NCBI GenBank assembly: GCA_002748425.1
Contig: PDSJ01000014.1
Coordinates: 128,021-192,020, forward strand
DNA length: 64,000 nt
DNA from: a candidate division KSB3 bacterium
GTDB taxonomy: Bacteria; Moduliflexota; Moduliflexia; Moduliflexales; Moduliflexaceae
Reading direction: 5' to 3'
Part shown: piece by piece, positions 1 through 10,484 of the stretch
Numbering within the stretch: position 1 is the first letter of the stretch
Layout: every line of letters begins with the position of its first letter
Position numbers and translations under genes: made by a program
Notes under the pieces: model-generated
The model's input: the letters and a program-made list of their open reading frames with translations, nothing else
Database searches by the model: none
What the model was told of the DNA's origin: nothing

Positions 1-224
1 ATGACGAAGTGCAATGAACCTGCCTGGCAATGGATGCTTGAGTTGGGCCATATATCGTTCAATCAAGTTCAGGGGCTCACTCTAAAGAATCTTTAATTGA
101 GCCAGTGATGTGATTGTAGACTCCATCAGCAGTAATGAGTAGTTCTCTACATCCAATTTGTTGAAAACAGTTATCATTAGTGGCACAGCTTCACGTAACT
201 TTCCCATCATCATCTCCTGAAGCG

Positions 225-1163
225 TTAGGTGTTTTGCTGATGTTGTCTGAAGTAGATACTAATCATAACGAGAATAATTATACCATTTGAAATCGTTCTT
301 CCAGCTTCAGGAATATTCATCACTGTTAGCAGACTCTCAAGGAGGATTAATATAATTGATCCGGCAATGCTTCCGATATAGCTACCTTTGCCACCAGTTA
401 GAGAAGTCCCTCCGATCACAACGGCCGTGATGGACCACATCGTATATTCGTTGCCAATCCCTAAAAACGCTGTCTGAGTATATCCTGCCATCAAGGCTCC
501 TGACAAGGCTGAACAAGCGCCGCTTATGGCATACACAGTAATTTTCACAACATGGACATGGGTGCCAGAGAGGAATGCAGCACGCTCATTCGCACCAGTA
601 TAATAGATACGGCGTCCAAAGGTCGTATAGTCAAGAAAGAGTATGCACAAGCCACTCAAAAACATCCAGATCATGACAATAACTGGTAGACCGAATGAGA
701 CATTTCCGATCGCTAAAAACCGGAGTAATGGAGAGGCTAATCCCGTAGGTGCCCCTTGACTGAATATTAAAGTCATTCCAGTCACAAGTGAACCGATAGC
801 CAGGGTCATCACTAAGGGAGAAATTTTAAAATATGTCACCCCAACACCGTTAACTGCCCCAAAAAGTACTCCCAAAAAGATAATTACAGGGAGTGCCCAC
901 AAGGTATTCAGATTGACTCCATTAATAAACATACAGACAAAAACATTCCCCAGGGTAATTAATGGTCCCGAAGAAAGATCGATCCCGGCCGTTAAAACAG
1001 CTAGAGTCTGGCCGATAGAGACAATCCCTAAAAACGAGGCTGTTCTCATGATACTCCTGATATGTTCTGGTGACGCAAAACCATGAGAGACAGTTTCGCC
1101 GAGTAAAAACATAAGAATGATTAATCCGAAGAGAAAGACAGTTGTTTTATGCTCTCTTTCCAT
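225..1163 (-). CDS. sugar ABC transporter permease (CUT2/RbsC-like)
   Basis: 312-aa polytopic membrane protein with the typical RbsC/branched permease signature region (…TGGIDLSSG…). Last gene of a binding-protein/ATPase/permease/permease operon. Confidence 0.8.
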   Translation of the reverse strand: MEREHKTTVFLFGLIILMFLLGETVSHGFASPEHIRSIMRTASFLGIVSIGQTLAVLTAGIDLSSGPLITLGNVFVCMFINGVNLNTLWALPVIIFLGVLFGAVNGVGVTYFKISPLVMTLAIGSLVTGMTLIFSQGAPTGLASPLLRFLAIGNVSFGLPVIVMIWMFLSGLCILFLDYTTFGRRIYYTGANERAAFLSGTHVHVVKITVYAISGACSALSGALMAGYTQTAFLGIGNEYTMWSITAVVIGGTSLTGGKGSYIGSIAGSIILILLESLLTVMNIPEAGRTISNGIIILVMISIYFRQHQQNT

Positions 1164-2172
1164 GCTGGTATCTCCTCCCTCCAGGTTGTGCAGACTTGGT
1201 AGAGAACACGTTAGCTAAAAACTTTCCCGTATTGATGACAGTCCCTGAAGATGTGATTGCGAGCGCTATAATGAGTACAATCCCCTTGGCGACAAATTGA
1301 TAAAAGGTTGAAATCGCGAGTAAATTGAGAATATTGCTGATCAAGAGAAAGATATAGGCCGCTCCGATTATTCCTAGTACTCCACCTTTACCACCTGATA
1401 AAGGTGTTCCAGCAATAACAGTGACCGCAATTGAATTCAGGATGTAGGCTTCACCAACTAAAGGATCTGCAGAGAACATCCATGCAGAAAGAAACATACC
1501 AGCGCAGGCACACAGCACTCCACTGACTGCATATACCCCAATTGTGATTTGTGTACAAGGGATGCCTGACTCATACGCAATGGCTTTATTTCCGCCAATG
1601 GCATAGATAGAGCGTCCAAAAGAGGTTTTGGTTAATGTGAGATGACACAGAAACACTGCAATCACAAAGATAGCCAAAGGGATTGGAATGCTCTTCCACA
1701 GTTTTCCAGTGAGAGTCACAGCAACAGCCAGTGAGACCTCTCCGCCGGGGATCGGCATTAGAAATAAGGTCACTCCTTTCCAGATTGCCCCTGTCGCCAA
1801 GGTGACAATCAGCGGAGGAAAATCTCCCCGAGTGATAATGAGGCCATTGATGAGACCGACAACCAGCCCTACCAGAGGTGGAATACATACCCACAAAATG
1901 ATGTTCCATGGAGTATCAACAAAAGGAAGACTGGCAGCAACAACATTTGTGAGGCCGATGATTGCCCCTACTGAGAGATCGATCCCGCCTGTCAACACGA
2001 CACATGTTTGGGCCATTCCAGCAAGAATGAGTGGAGTGATGCGTGTAAATAAGTTGACATTATTATTCCAAGTAAAAAAACTTGGTTCAATGAAACATGC
2101 TGTACAATAGATAAGGAGAAAAATTGAGTAGACCGGAATATATAAATGAAAATCGCGTTGTGTTTCGGTCAT
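1147..2172 (-). CDS. sugar ABC transporter permease (CUT2/RbsC-like)
   Basis: ~340-aa hydrophobic protein, paralogous to the downstream permease (…LTGGIDLSVGA…). ATG at 2172 sits 2 nt after the ATPase stop codon. Confidence 0.8.
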   Translation of the reverse strand: MTETQRDFHLYIPVYSIFLLIYCTACFIEPSFFTWNNNVNLFTRITPLILAGMAQTCVVLTGGIDLSVGAIIGLTNVVAASLPFVDTPWNIILWVCIPPLVGLVVGLINGLIITRGDFPPLIVTLATGAIWKGVTLFLMPIPGGEVSLAVAVTLTGKLWKSIPIPLAIFVIAVFLCHLTLTKTSFGRSIYAIGGNKAIAYESGIPCTQITIGVYAVSGVLCACAGMFLSAWMFSADPLVGEAYILNSIAVTVIAGTPLSGGKGGVLGIIGAAYIFLLISNILNLLAISTFYQFVAKGIVLIIALAITSSGTVINTGKFLANVFSTKSAQPGGRRYQHGKRA

Positions 2173-2174
2173 GT

Positions 2175-3689
2175 TCACACCTCAGTTTCCAAAATATCAT
2201 CAGAACTGACAGCAGCTTGCATAATATTTTCCTCTGTGAGCTCTTCTCCGCTCAATTCTGCAGTTATACAGCCATGATTCATCACTAAGACACGATCTGA
2301 AACTCCAATTAATTCAATTAAGTCGCTGGTGTATACGATGACCGCGACACCACAGCTTGCCAGTTCGCGCATCAATTGATAAATCTGCTGTTTTACAGCA
2401 ACATCCACTCCTTTTGTTGGCTCAAGCATCACCATGACCTGAGGCTCTGCAAGCAGCCATTTCCCGAGTACTAATTTTTGCATATTACCACCACTCAGTG
2501 ATTCGGCTGTTTGGGATGTCGAAGTAAGTTTTAAGGAGAGCTGCTGGGTTATTCGTTCAATGGCGTTTTTCTCGTCACGTTTGCGAATGAAACCATATTG
2601 TTGACGGCGTTTAAGCGTTGACGCTGTCAGATTGTCACGTGCAGAAAGAGCAGGAAATATCCCTTCCTCCCCCCGGTTATCAGGAACTAATGCAATTCCA
2701 GCTCGAATAGCTTGCACTGGATTTCTTAATTCAGTTTCTCGACCGTGTACCAAGATCGTCAGATCCTCACATCCTCCTAACCCAAAAATGGACTGCAGCA
2801 TCTCTAACTGTCCCTGCCCCTGAAGACCTCCAATCCCCAACACCTCTCCATGAGCAACTGAGAAGTGTACGTGTTTTCCGGAAAACTGCAAACGGGCATG
2901 GTACTCAAAAATAAGATGTGTTCTGTCAGAACTGTTGGATTTCTCAGGAAATATTTTTGAAACATCTCTGCCGACCATTAAGCTAATCAAGCGATTTTTA
3001 TCAAAAGATGAGACCTGCTCGGTCAGTACTTTTTGCCCATCTTTCATTACAGTGATTCGATCTGCAAGATGGAGAACTTCTTCTAACCGGTGAGAAATAA
3101 AGATAATACCGTTTCCCTTGCTTTTGAGATCGCAGATGATCGTAAAAAGTCTATCGACCTCATCTTTTGATAAGGCAGACGTTGGTTCATCAAACACGAT
3201 TACTTTAGGTTTCTGGGTTAAGACTTTGGCAATCTCGACCATCTGCCGTAAAGGCATTGGGAGTGACTTCACAAGAACATGTGCTTCTACATCGATTCCT
3301 ACTTCCTGTAACGCAGTGTTAGCTCGCCGTATCATTGCTTTGCGGTCAATAATTCCACAGCGCTTTCTGGGCCAAATTCCCATAGAAATATTTTCAGCGA
3401 CTGAGATCTCCGGCAACAAGGATAACTCTTGATAGACTACGCCAATTCCAGATTTTCTGGCATCTGAATGGTTTTGGAAATGTTGCTCAAGCCCATTCAA
3501 AAAAATTTTTCCATGATCAGGCCGATGAATACCTGCCAAAATTTTCATCAAGGTACTTTTTCCGGCCCCGTTCTCCCCAACGAGGCCGTGAATTTCTCCA
3601 TGTTGACAGATGAAATCAACGTGATCAAGCGCAAGTGTTCCCGGGAACGACTTAACAATGCTTTGTAGAGAAAGTAAAGGGGGGGACAT
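2175..3689 (-). CDS. sugar ABC transporter ATP-binding protein, duplicated NBD (CUT2 type)
   Basis: 504 aa with two nucleotide-binding domains. Walker A GENGAGKST in the first domain, a second ABC signature region (LSGGNMQK). Typical RbsA/MglA architecture. Confidence 0.85.
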   Translation of the reverse strand: MSPPLLSLQSIVKSFPGTLALDHVDFICQHGEIHGLVGENGAGKSTLMKILAGIHRPDHGKIFLNGLEQHFQNHSDARKSGIGVVYQELSLLPEISVAENISMGIWPRKRCGIIDRKAMIRRANTALQEVGIDVEAHVLVKSLPMPLRQMVEIAKVLTQKPKVIVFDEPTSALSKDEVDRLFTIICDLKSKGNGIIFISHRLEEVLHLADRITVMKDGQKVLTEQVSSFDKNRLISLMVGRDVSKIFPEKSNSSDRTHLIFEYHARLQFSGKHVHFSVAHGEVLGIGGLQGQGQLEMLQSIFGLGGCEDLTILVHGRETELRNPVQAIRAGIALVPDNRGEEGIFPALSARDNLTASTLKRRQQYGFIRKRDEKNAIERITQQLSLKLTSTSQTAESLSGGNMQKLVLGKWLLAEPQVMVMLEPTKGVDVAVKQQIYQLMRELASCGVAVIVYTSDLIELIGVSDRVLVMNHGCITAELSGEELTEENIMQAAVSSDDILETEV

Positions 3690-3795
3690 AGAACTTTCGC
3701 TCCTCGCGTTATTGATAAAAGGTGGGCAACATCCCCGGCAACCTTTTAATAAAGAGGCCGGGGATGGGGAAAGGCTTCTTATGGATTAAACGATC

Positions 3796-4821
3796 TTATC
3801 GTTCAAACATTTTTTTGACAATGTCATCCTTCAATTGAGAATTACACCAGAAGCTATCTGGCAGATCAGGCTTCACATACTGATCGAGGTTATCAGCGGT
3901 AATCGTTGGTATCGGAATAATTGTTTCTTTGTTAAACGCTTCTCCCGTCAGAGCGGCTAAGGCAACTTCTAGAGCTTTAGCACTACACCACGTTGGCATG
4001 CTGGTCGCAATTGAGTCAAAATCAGGATACTTTTCGGAATCGCGTAATTCTTTCCAGATTTTGAGAAAACCGTTTCCATCTTCACCTGTAATTGGTGGAG
4101 GAAGCATGCCGCGCTCCAGATAAGCTTCAATTACAGCTTCCGACATGGCACCACCTTGTGACCAAATTCCGTCTAGGGACGGGTACGCTGCTAGCAAGGT
4201 TTCCATTGCACGTTTGGCTTTGGCATAATCCCAGTCAGCATAAACTTCCTGAACAATCTCAATCTCTGGATATTGATCGAAAACGCTTTTGGCCCCTTCA
4301 AAACGTTCTGCTGAAGTTGTCGCTCCTTTTATGCCGTTAAAGGCCACGATTTTACCTTTTTTACCCAGCGCTTTTACCAGCCACTCCCCTTGAACACGTC
4401 CAAACTCTTTTTGATCGACAATGATATGCGCTGTAATATTGTCTGTATACACCAAATTGTCAAAATCAACAACAACAATACCGGCAGCCATGGCCTTTGC
4501 AACTACTGGGATTAAAGCCTTCGGATTGGCTGCGGTAATCAAAATGGCATCAACTCCTTTGGCGATCAAGTCCTCAATATCGGCAATTTGCTTTGAAATA
4601 TCCCCATCAGCTTCAGTCACAATCAGTTCTTTGACGAGATCGGCGTGCTGTGAGGCAGAGTATTTGGCCTCTTCAATCATTTGCACACGCCAAGAATTCC
4701 CAAGACTAAAATTGCTCAGCCCAATCACAAATTTCTCTGCAGCACTAGCGCTGCCAACTCTGAATAAAATATACATCAAAAGCATACCAACACATTTAAT
4801 CACATTACTATGTTTCATCAT
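3796..4821 (-). CDS. sugar ABC transporter periplasmic substrate-binding protein
   Basis: Signal peptide (MMKHSNVIKCVGMLLMYILFRVGSASA) followed by a periplasmic-binding-protein type I fold. RBS GGAGAG 5 nt upstream of the ATGATG at 4821. Confidence 0.8.
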   Translation of the reverse strand: MMKHSNVIKCVGMLLMYILFRVGSASAAEKFVIGLSNFSLGNSWRVQMIEEAKYSASQHADLVKELIVTEADGDISKQIADIEDLIAKGVDAILITAANPKALIPVVAKAMAAGIVVVDFDNLVYTDNITAHIIVDQKEFGRVQGEWLVKALGKKGKIVAFNGIKGATTSAERFEGAKSVFDQYPEIEIVQEVYADWDYAKAKRAMETLLAAYPSLDGIWSQGGAMSEAVIEAYLERGMLPPPITGEDGNGFLKIWKELRDSEKYPDFDSIATSMPTWCSAKALEVALAALTGEAFNKETIIPIPTITADNLDQYVKPDLPDSFWCNSQLKDDIVKKMFER

Positions 4822-5187
4822 CGTTTCTCTCCATAGGATGTCAGGCAAGGTTGAATGTCGTGTTCTGAGCGTTCATCAAGTTATTTCTGCTGACATTACA
4901 TTTATGAACCTAAAGACCCCTCCTTTCATTCGTTGCTTAAGTTTTTCATAGACTTATGACAGAGTCATTACTCGGGAATATTGTCTCGTTTTGGAAGCCT
5001 GTAAGAACACATTTGCTGCATCAGAAAACGTGTTTCCTCCAGGAGTTGCTCAACCACATAAACTTTTATCATATACCATTATGATATAATCGAGTTGTCA
5101 AGTGAAAAAACAAAAACGCCCAAAAAACTAGAGAGAGTTATGCATAGGCTCGCTTCGTTTCGAGATACTTCATTGCTGAGATATTTT

Positions 5188-7512
5188 TTAGTCCAGTGGA
5201 TCGGTTTCGATCGACTCAATTTCAGATGGATCGCTCTCATTCGGAGGAACTTCGTCGTCAAGAGCTGTCACATAATAATAATAGCGCTGTCCGGATTCAA
5301 TCTGTTTGTCACTGAATGAGGCGTTTGGCAAAATTTCGTCATTTACTTTTCGGAATTCTCCGGCCTGTCTGTTACTGCGATAGACATTGAAGCCCACAAA
5401 ATCGGCTGTCAGTACCTGATTCCAATGCAGATCCACGTGCCCGTTAAGATAAACCCCGACAAGGCCCTGAGGAACGTCCGGAGCGATGGTATCAAGCGGC
5501 ACGGCAGAGACTTCGGCTGAACGCACACTGTCAGGTCCCGACGTGCGCGAAGCAAGCGACTGGACAACGTAATAATAGGTCTCATGGTTGGTGACGTTCT
5601 TGTCAATGAAGTGAGTCTGCGAGGCTGGAACTTCCGTCAGAGCTGCGGCATACTCGCCGGCCGTGTCAGAACGAAAAATACGGTATGCTGCCAGATGTTG
5701 AATTTTCTTTCCGTCCTCTGTCAATACTGGTGCTTCCCAACTGATCGTGATTTCCTCGTCTCCGGCATCTGCCATGATATGCCGGGGAGCAGAGGGTTTT
5801 CGCATTAATTCGATCTCGACCGTCCCGGTATTCTTGCTGTTCCGTTTCTTACGATCCGTGACTTCGATCTCATATCTGTAGCGCCTGCCGTATTCAAGAG
5901 GCGCTTTCACGTCTTCTTCATCCTCAGCAATAAAGTCCCCTGAATCAGTTAATTCAAAGGTTTCATCTGCGAAGACTGCCGGAAAGGGATCAGAGGGAGA
6001 AATTTTTGCCAGAAGTATTCTGTTTCCGGCACTCTGTTCTGCTGTTTCCGGCAGCGACTCATAGGGGCGGGTAAAGGCAGAGCGTTTTTCGCGGCAGGCG
6101 CGATTGATTGCCCGGGAGATTGTCTGTGTGGAAGGCATGTCTTGTTGAACGAGCTGTAAAGCAGCTTGCGAAGAGGCTGCGCCTTCCGGCACAATATCGA
6201 TATAATCAATGGAAATGTGACGTGTTCCAGTGCCTGAAGCGACCGGCGGAAATGCAAGACCGACTTGCACGAAGTACGCCTGCGGCTTTGACTTCTCGCC
6301 TTGAGAGGCTGTTCCATCGCTTATAACAGGATCATGGAGACCGTTATCCTCCTTTTTTTGAAGACTGTGGTGAGATGCATGTCTTTGCGTCATGTATCGG
6401 CGTAAATCGATTGAATAGGTCAAAAAATCGGAAGAGTGCTTGAGAGGGATGCGTATTGCTTGAGAAGTTAAATTTTTTAATTCCTCTGCTGACTGGAAGG
6501 GTGTTTCTCCGGCCCGGCGCAGGATTAGGTATGCCTCGTGCCCCGCAGTGACTCGCATCCTGATGTGAACTTCCGATGCCGTGTCAAAATGAATACGCTG
6601 CCCCGGAGCGGACAACAGACTGAAAAATTCGTTTCCTTCGGCATGCAAGACTCCATGTGCGGCTCCAAACAGATGATCAGCAGGGAAGACTTGCCATCCT
6701 TCTTCATCATCCTGAAATATCCAGGGGGCAGTAGTATACGCCGGGGCCGGGGCATCAATGTCACGCATAAATACGATGCTGTCCAGTCCCAGTTCGACCT
6801 GCGTTTCTTCCGGAGCGTTGTTTTCAAGGATAAGTCCGATTTGTCGAACGGTCCCTGCCCATGAAGGGAGAGAGCGCATGTCAATGATATAGTCCTGAGC
6901 TGCGGCGCTTTCGTTCTGCCGGATCGAGAAGCGTTTTGACTTTGAGCGATGAAATGTCTGATGGACAGCGTAAAAAGAGCTGTGTACGGACGGCTCGAAT
7001 TCTTGATTAAAGTTTTTGTCCCAGAGTGTATCCTTCTCTGTAATGAAAACGAGATAACCGTATCGGGCGTTTTTCGCCCAGAGTTTCAAGTGGATGATAC
7101 GGTTCTGGTCTGCTTTCAGCTTTAAATCTGCCGGAGAGAGGAGGGTCAGAAGTCGTTGAGCGCTTACGGCGCGTAAGACCCCTTTGTCGCATTTTGGGGT
7201 CGGATTTTCTCCTGTCGTCGTCCATCCTTGGTCTGATTGCTTGAAATCCCAGCCGTCATCGACCGGCGGTTCACTTGTTCGATAGATACTGAAATATTTA
7301 ATATCATCGAGTTCCAGGATTTTTTGCGTGTCGTATTCTGTCGGAGGACTCCAGCTCAGTACGATGCCCTTGTCAGACACTTTGGCTGAAACGGCCTTCA
7401 CAGGAAGTGGTTTGGGGACGATCGGCGTTAAGGGATCGCCTTGCTTACCGCAGCCGCTCAGAAGTCCCAGCAGGCTGCACAAGAACACGAAAGATTGAAA
7501 GCAGCATTTCAT
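5188..7512 (-). CDS. lipoprotein with fibronectin type III-like repeats (function unknown)
   Basis: Internal start MKCCFQSFVFLCSLLGLLSGCGK gives a lipobox LSGC. The body contains several Fn3-like segments and a YYYYV motif near the C-terminus. The longer ORF start at 7650 lacks a signal peptide. Confidence 0.5.
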   Translation of the reverse strand: MKCCFQSFVFLCSLLGLLSGCGKQGDPLTPIVPKPLPVKAVSAKVSDKGIVLSWSPPTEYDTQKILELDDIKYFSIYRTSEPPVDDGWDFKQSDQGWTTTGENPTPKCDKGVLRAVSAQRLLTLLSPADLKLKADQNRIIHLKLWAKNARYGYLVFITEKDTLWDKNFNQEFEPSVHSSFYAVHQTFHRSKSKRFSIRQNESAAAQDYIIDMRSLPSWAGTVRQIGLILENNAPEETQVELGLDSIVFMRDIDAPAPAYTTAPWIFQDDEEGWQVFPADHLFGAAHGVLHAEGNEFFSLLSAPGQRIHFDTASEVHIRMRVTAGHEAYLILRRAGETPFQSAEELKNLTSQAIRIPLKHSSDFLTYSIDLRRYMTQRHASHHSLQKKEDNGLHDPVISDGTASQGEKSKPQAYFVQVGLAFPPVASGTGTRHISIDYIDIVPEGAASSQAALQLVQQDMPSTQTISRAINRACREKRSAFTRPYESLPETAEQSAGNRILLAKISPSDPFPAVFADETFELTDSGDFIAEDEEDVKAPLEYGRRYRYEIEVTDRKKRNSKNTGTVEIELMRKPSAPRHIMADAGDEEITISWEAPVLTEDGKKIQHLAAYRIFRSDTAGEYAAALTEVPASQTHFIDKNVTNHETYYYVVQSLASRTSGPDSVRSAEVSAVPLDTIAPDVPQGLVGVYLNGHVDLHWNQVLTADFVGFNVYRSNRQAGEFRKVNDEILPNASFSDKQIESGQRYYYYVTALDDEVPPNESDPSEIESIETDPLD

Positions 7513-7765
7513 GAAAGAAAAAGATGCAACGCTTGATGCCCTGGGTGGCACCATAGGTTCAAACGTGTACATTGGCGTTGATAAATAAGCGCATTGAATG
7601 AAGCCTTTGTTCTGGTGAATGACGATCACTGCCTGCTTGAGAAGAGGCATCCTTCCTAACAGCGTTAATGACCAAAGGGAAATTTGTCAATAGAGAATTC
7701 TGCCGGGTCGTGTTTTGAGGGTCTGCGAGCGCTTACGCCTCTCATCTGATTTTCTGGCCCACGCA

Positions 7766-8566
7766 TTACACTGGGTAGGAGACTTGTTCGCGGGCAAACC
7801 TGATATCAAGGTCGGGATGTTGCCGGCGGAGCGTGATTTCAAAAGCAAGCAACTCTTGATCCGTTCGGAGAGGAGCGTGATGGGTGAGCAAGATCTTTCT
7901 GGCTCCAAGTTTTCGAGAGTTACTCACTGCCTGACTGAAACAACTGTGCCCAAGTCCGGATGAAGAATTCTTGTATTCTTCATCACTGTATTGTCCATCG
8001 TGAATGACCACATCATAATCAGTGCCCCAGAGTGTGTGCGAGTCCTGGAGGCTGGCCTCGTGGTCCGTCAGCAATGCAACCTTCTGACCATGCGACTCAA
8101 TACTATAGCCATAGCAACTGCCTTCATGCTTGTTGGGAAAATAGTTAATGATAAAATCATTGAGATAGACCGTGTTCTGAAGAGGATGATAATACATATG
8201 TGATGACAACACTTCGATTGACTCAAAAGGTCCAAATGAATAGTCGAAATAATAGTTGAGCTGCCGTTTCAGACGCTCGATCGGCCAGGGAGAATAGAGG
8301 TGCATGTGAGTTGCGGGCAGAAATATAGGGATAAAATATCCGATGCCCTGAACGTGATCCCAATGGAAATGTGTAAAAAAGAGATGATATGTGCCTGGCC
8401 GCTGCTGTACAAAATCGCTGTACCGTCCGATGCCGAAGCCGGCATCAAAGAGCAGGGAATCAGTCTGGTTTTTGATCTCAATACAGGTTGTATGCACACC
8501 AAATATAATTTGATCCGGCTTCGGGGCGCTGATCGCTCCCCGTGTTCCCCAAAATATAATTTCCAT
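7766..8566 (-). CDS. MBL-fold metallo-hydrolase
   Basis: HFHWDH metal-binding motif (HxHxDH). 266 aa. Confidence 0.7.
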   Translation of the reverse strand: MEIIFWGTRGAISAPKPDQIIFGVHTTCIEIKNQTDSLLFDAGFGIGRYSDFVQQRPGTYHLFFTHFHWDHVQGIGYFIPIFLPATHMHLYSPWPIERLKRQLNYYFDYSFGPFESIEVLSSHMYYHPLQNTVYLNDFIINYFPNKHEGSCYGYSIESHGQKVALLTDHEASLQDSHTLWGTDYDVVIHDGQYSDEEYKNSSSGLGHSCFSQAVSNSRKLGARKILLTHHAPLRTDQELLAFEITLRRQHPDLDIRFAREQVSYPV

Positions 8567-8577
8567 ATTCCTGTCCT

Positions 8578-9513
8578 CTAGAGCCTGAGAATATCATCTT
8601 CTTGTGGAACCAGGACTTCCAGAGAATTCGGCTCTGCTCTTCGTCGGGCCCGTTCAAGCTTCCGAACAATTGCCGGATCGTTGTCTTCCGGCGCATGGTG
8701 TCCTAAAATAAGTTTTTTGCTACGACTTCTCAACGCGAGCATGACGGCCATGATTTCTGTAGAATGCCCCCAGTTTTCATGCCCTTTAATGTTGTCTTCG
8801 TTAAAATGCGTATCGTGCAGAAGAAGATCGGCATCCTGGCAAAAATCGACAAGTCCCTGATAATAACGCCGTTCGTCGCGACGGGTAAAATGGCGCGTGT
8901 TGTGCCCTAAATGGTTATTTTCAATGGGAGCAATGTCGGTTAAAATCACGATTACTTTGCCTCCCCATTCGATGCGATAGCCCAGATCGATTCCCGGGTG
9001 ATTGATTTGATAGGTTGACACGGTATAGTAAGCGTTTTGTTGGGGAACTTGTTGTTCCGACGAGCATCCGGGAGGCATAATGTGAAATCGTTCGCCGTCG
9101 TGAACATCGTTGAATGTAATGTGTGAGGGAAGTTCTGAGTACCTGACGGGAAAGGCGTCGGTTTGAAACTGATGTTCGAATAATTCTTCGAGGGTGGTTT
9201 TGAACGAGGCACTTCCCCAGAATCTTGCCTGAGTTTCAGGGCGGTAGAATGGCTCAAAGAATGGAAATGCCAGGATATGATCCCAATGGGCGTGAGTGAG
9301 CAGGAATGTAAAGTCGTGAATATCTTTACGGAGTCTGATCCCTTCCCGGAACAGGCCGCTGCCTCCATCGATGTAGATGGGGAACAGTCCGTCGGCCCAC
9401 AGTTTATACGCTGTGGTATTTCCTCCGAACATGACAAAGTCTTCAGCGAGAACCGGACAAGATCCCCTGGTGCCTAACAGTTGAAAATTTAAGGTTCGTT
9501 GCATGGGCAGCAA
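8578..9513 (-). CDS. MBL-fold metallo-hydrolase (tandem paralogue)
   Basis: THAHWDH motif. 311 aa. Lies 12 nt upstream of the other MBL gene. Confidence 0.7.
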   Translation of the reverse strand: MLPMQRTLNFQLLGTRGSCPVLAEDFVMFGGNTTAYKLWADGLFPIYIDGGSGLFREGIRLRKDIHDFTFLLTHAHWDHILAFPFFEPFYRPETQARFWGSASFKTTLEELFEHQFQTDAFPVRYSELPSHITFNDVHDGERFHIMPPGCSSEQQVPQQNAYYTVSTYQINHPGIDLGYRIEWGGKVIVILTDIAPIENNHLGHNTRHFTRRDERRYYQGLVDFCQDADLLLHDTHFNEDNIKGHENWGHSTEIMAVMLALRSRSKKLILGHHAPEDNDPAIVRKLERARRRAEPNSLEVLVPQEDDILRL

Positions 9514-9870
9514 TCTGGACAGTGGACAGCGTTTCTGTATCTTCGTGATTGGTGTGTCTCAGAATACAAATTATGCCGTAATATGGAAAGGCTGTCAAGC
9601 TTCAATTACAAGAATATTGTCTCCAGGCAGTATGATGTTATGACATCTTCATCAAAGAAACGTCAGTTGACTTGTGGAATCTCACGGATGCCAGGTTCTG
9701 TATCACAATGGTGTTGATGAAGATTCTGTACCGGCCTGCCCTTATAGCGTGCAGCAGGAAGCGCGTAATGTACTCGATACGGATCTCGTTCTCAATACAG
9801 ATGAGTGAACGCTGTTGACGGCAAAGAGCGTACGAATTTCCAATAAGATTCATAAAAAGAAAAAAAGTTC

Positions 9871-9899
9871 TTGACAAAATATCTATATATTATCATAAT
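9871..9899 (+). promoter_or_regulatory. sigma70-type promoter for tRNA-fMet
   Basis: TTGACA (9871-9876), 17-nt spacer, CATAAT (9894-9899). About 30 nt upstream of the tRNA 5' end. Confidence 0.45.
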
Positions 9900-9931
9900 G
9901 TGTAACACTACATCAAAGAATTATGATTTGA

Positions 9932-10008
<77 letters not shown>

Positions 10009-10016
10009 CTATTATG

Positions 10017-10048
10017 AAAGGTCGGCGGAAAGTATGCCGACCTTTTTT
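10017..10048 (+). terminator. rho-independent terminator after tRNA-fMet
   Basis: AAAGGTCGGC-ggaaagtat-GCCGACCTTT hairpin followed by a TTTTTT run. Confidence 0.65.
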
Positions 10049-10484
10049 ATATAACAGCCTGCCTTTCATCCTCAACATAAGAGAAACTCTGCGTTGTTAC
10101 GAAATCGCGAAAAGTAGGTGAAAAGTCGAAAATTCTGTTGACTTTATCAGTCACGTTCTGTTGTATGAGTCATATTCTCCTGCGAGAATAGCATGATCAT
10201 GAGGGTGAAGTTGGCGTCCTTGTGGAATGCTTGAGACAGTCGTCGGCGATTCCTTTGAGCCGGGTCACTCGTTTACTGGTGCTGATGGAAAGAACACGGA
10301 TTTTTCAGCAGGTGTGGGGCTCGAGCTCATTGATGAGCAGCCGGCCGTCTTAATCGATCTCAAACGCATTTAAGATAGCGAGGGCGTGTGGAGTTCGACA
10401 GTTCGTGCTGTTTGTCGTCCTTTCGAATTCCGTCACGACTCGTTGCTGATAGTCATGATAATGCAGAATGTCATTTTTCGAAAG

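Noticed and set aside
8952-9437. 161-aa ORF inside the second MBL gene (same strand, other frame)
   Set aside because: Alternative frame of a gene with clear HxHxDH motifs.
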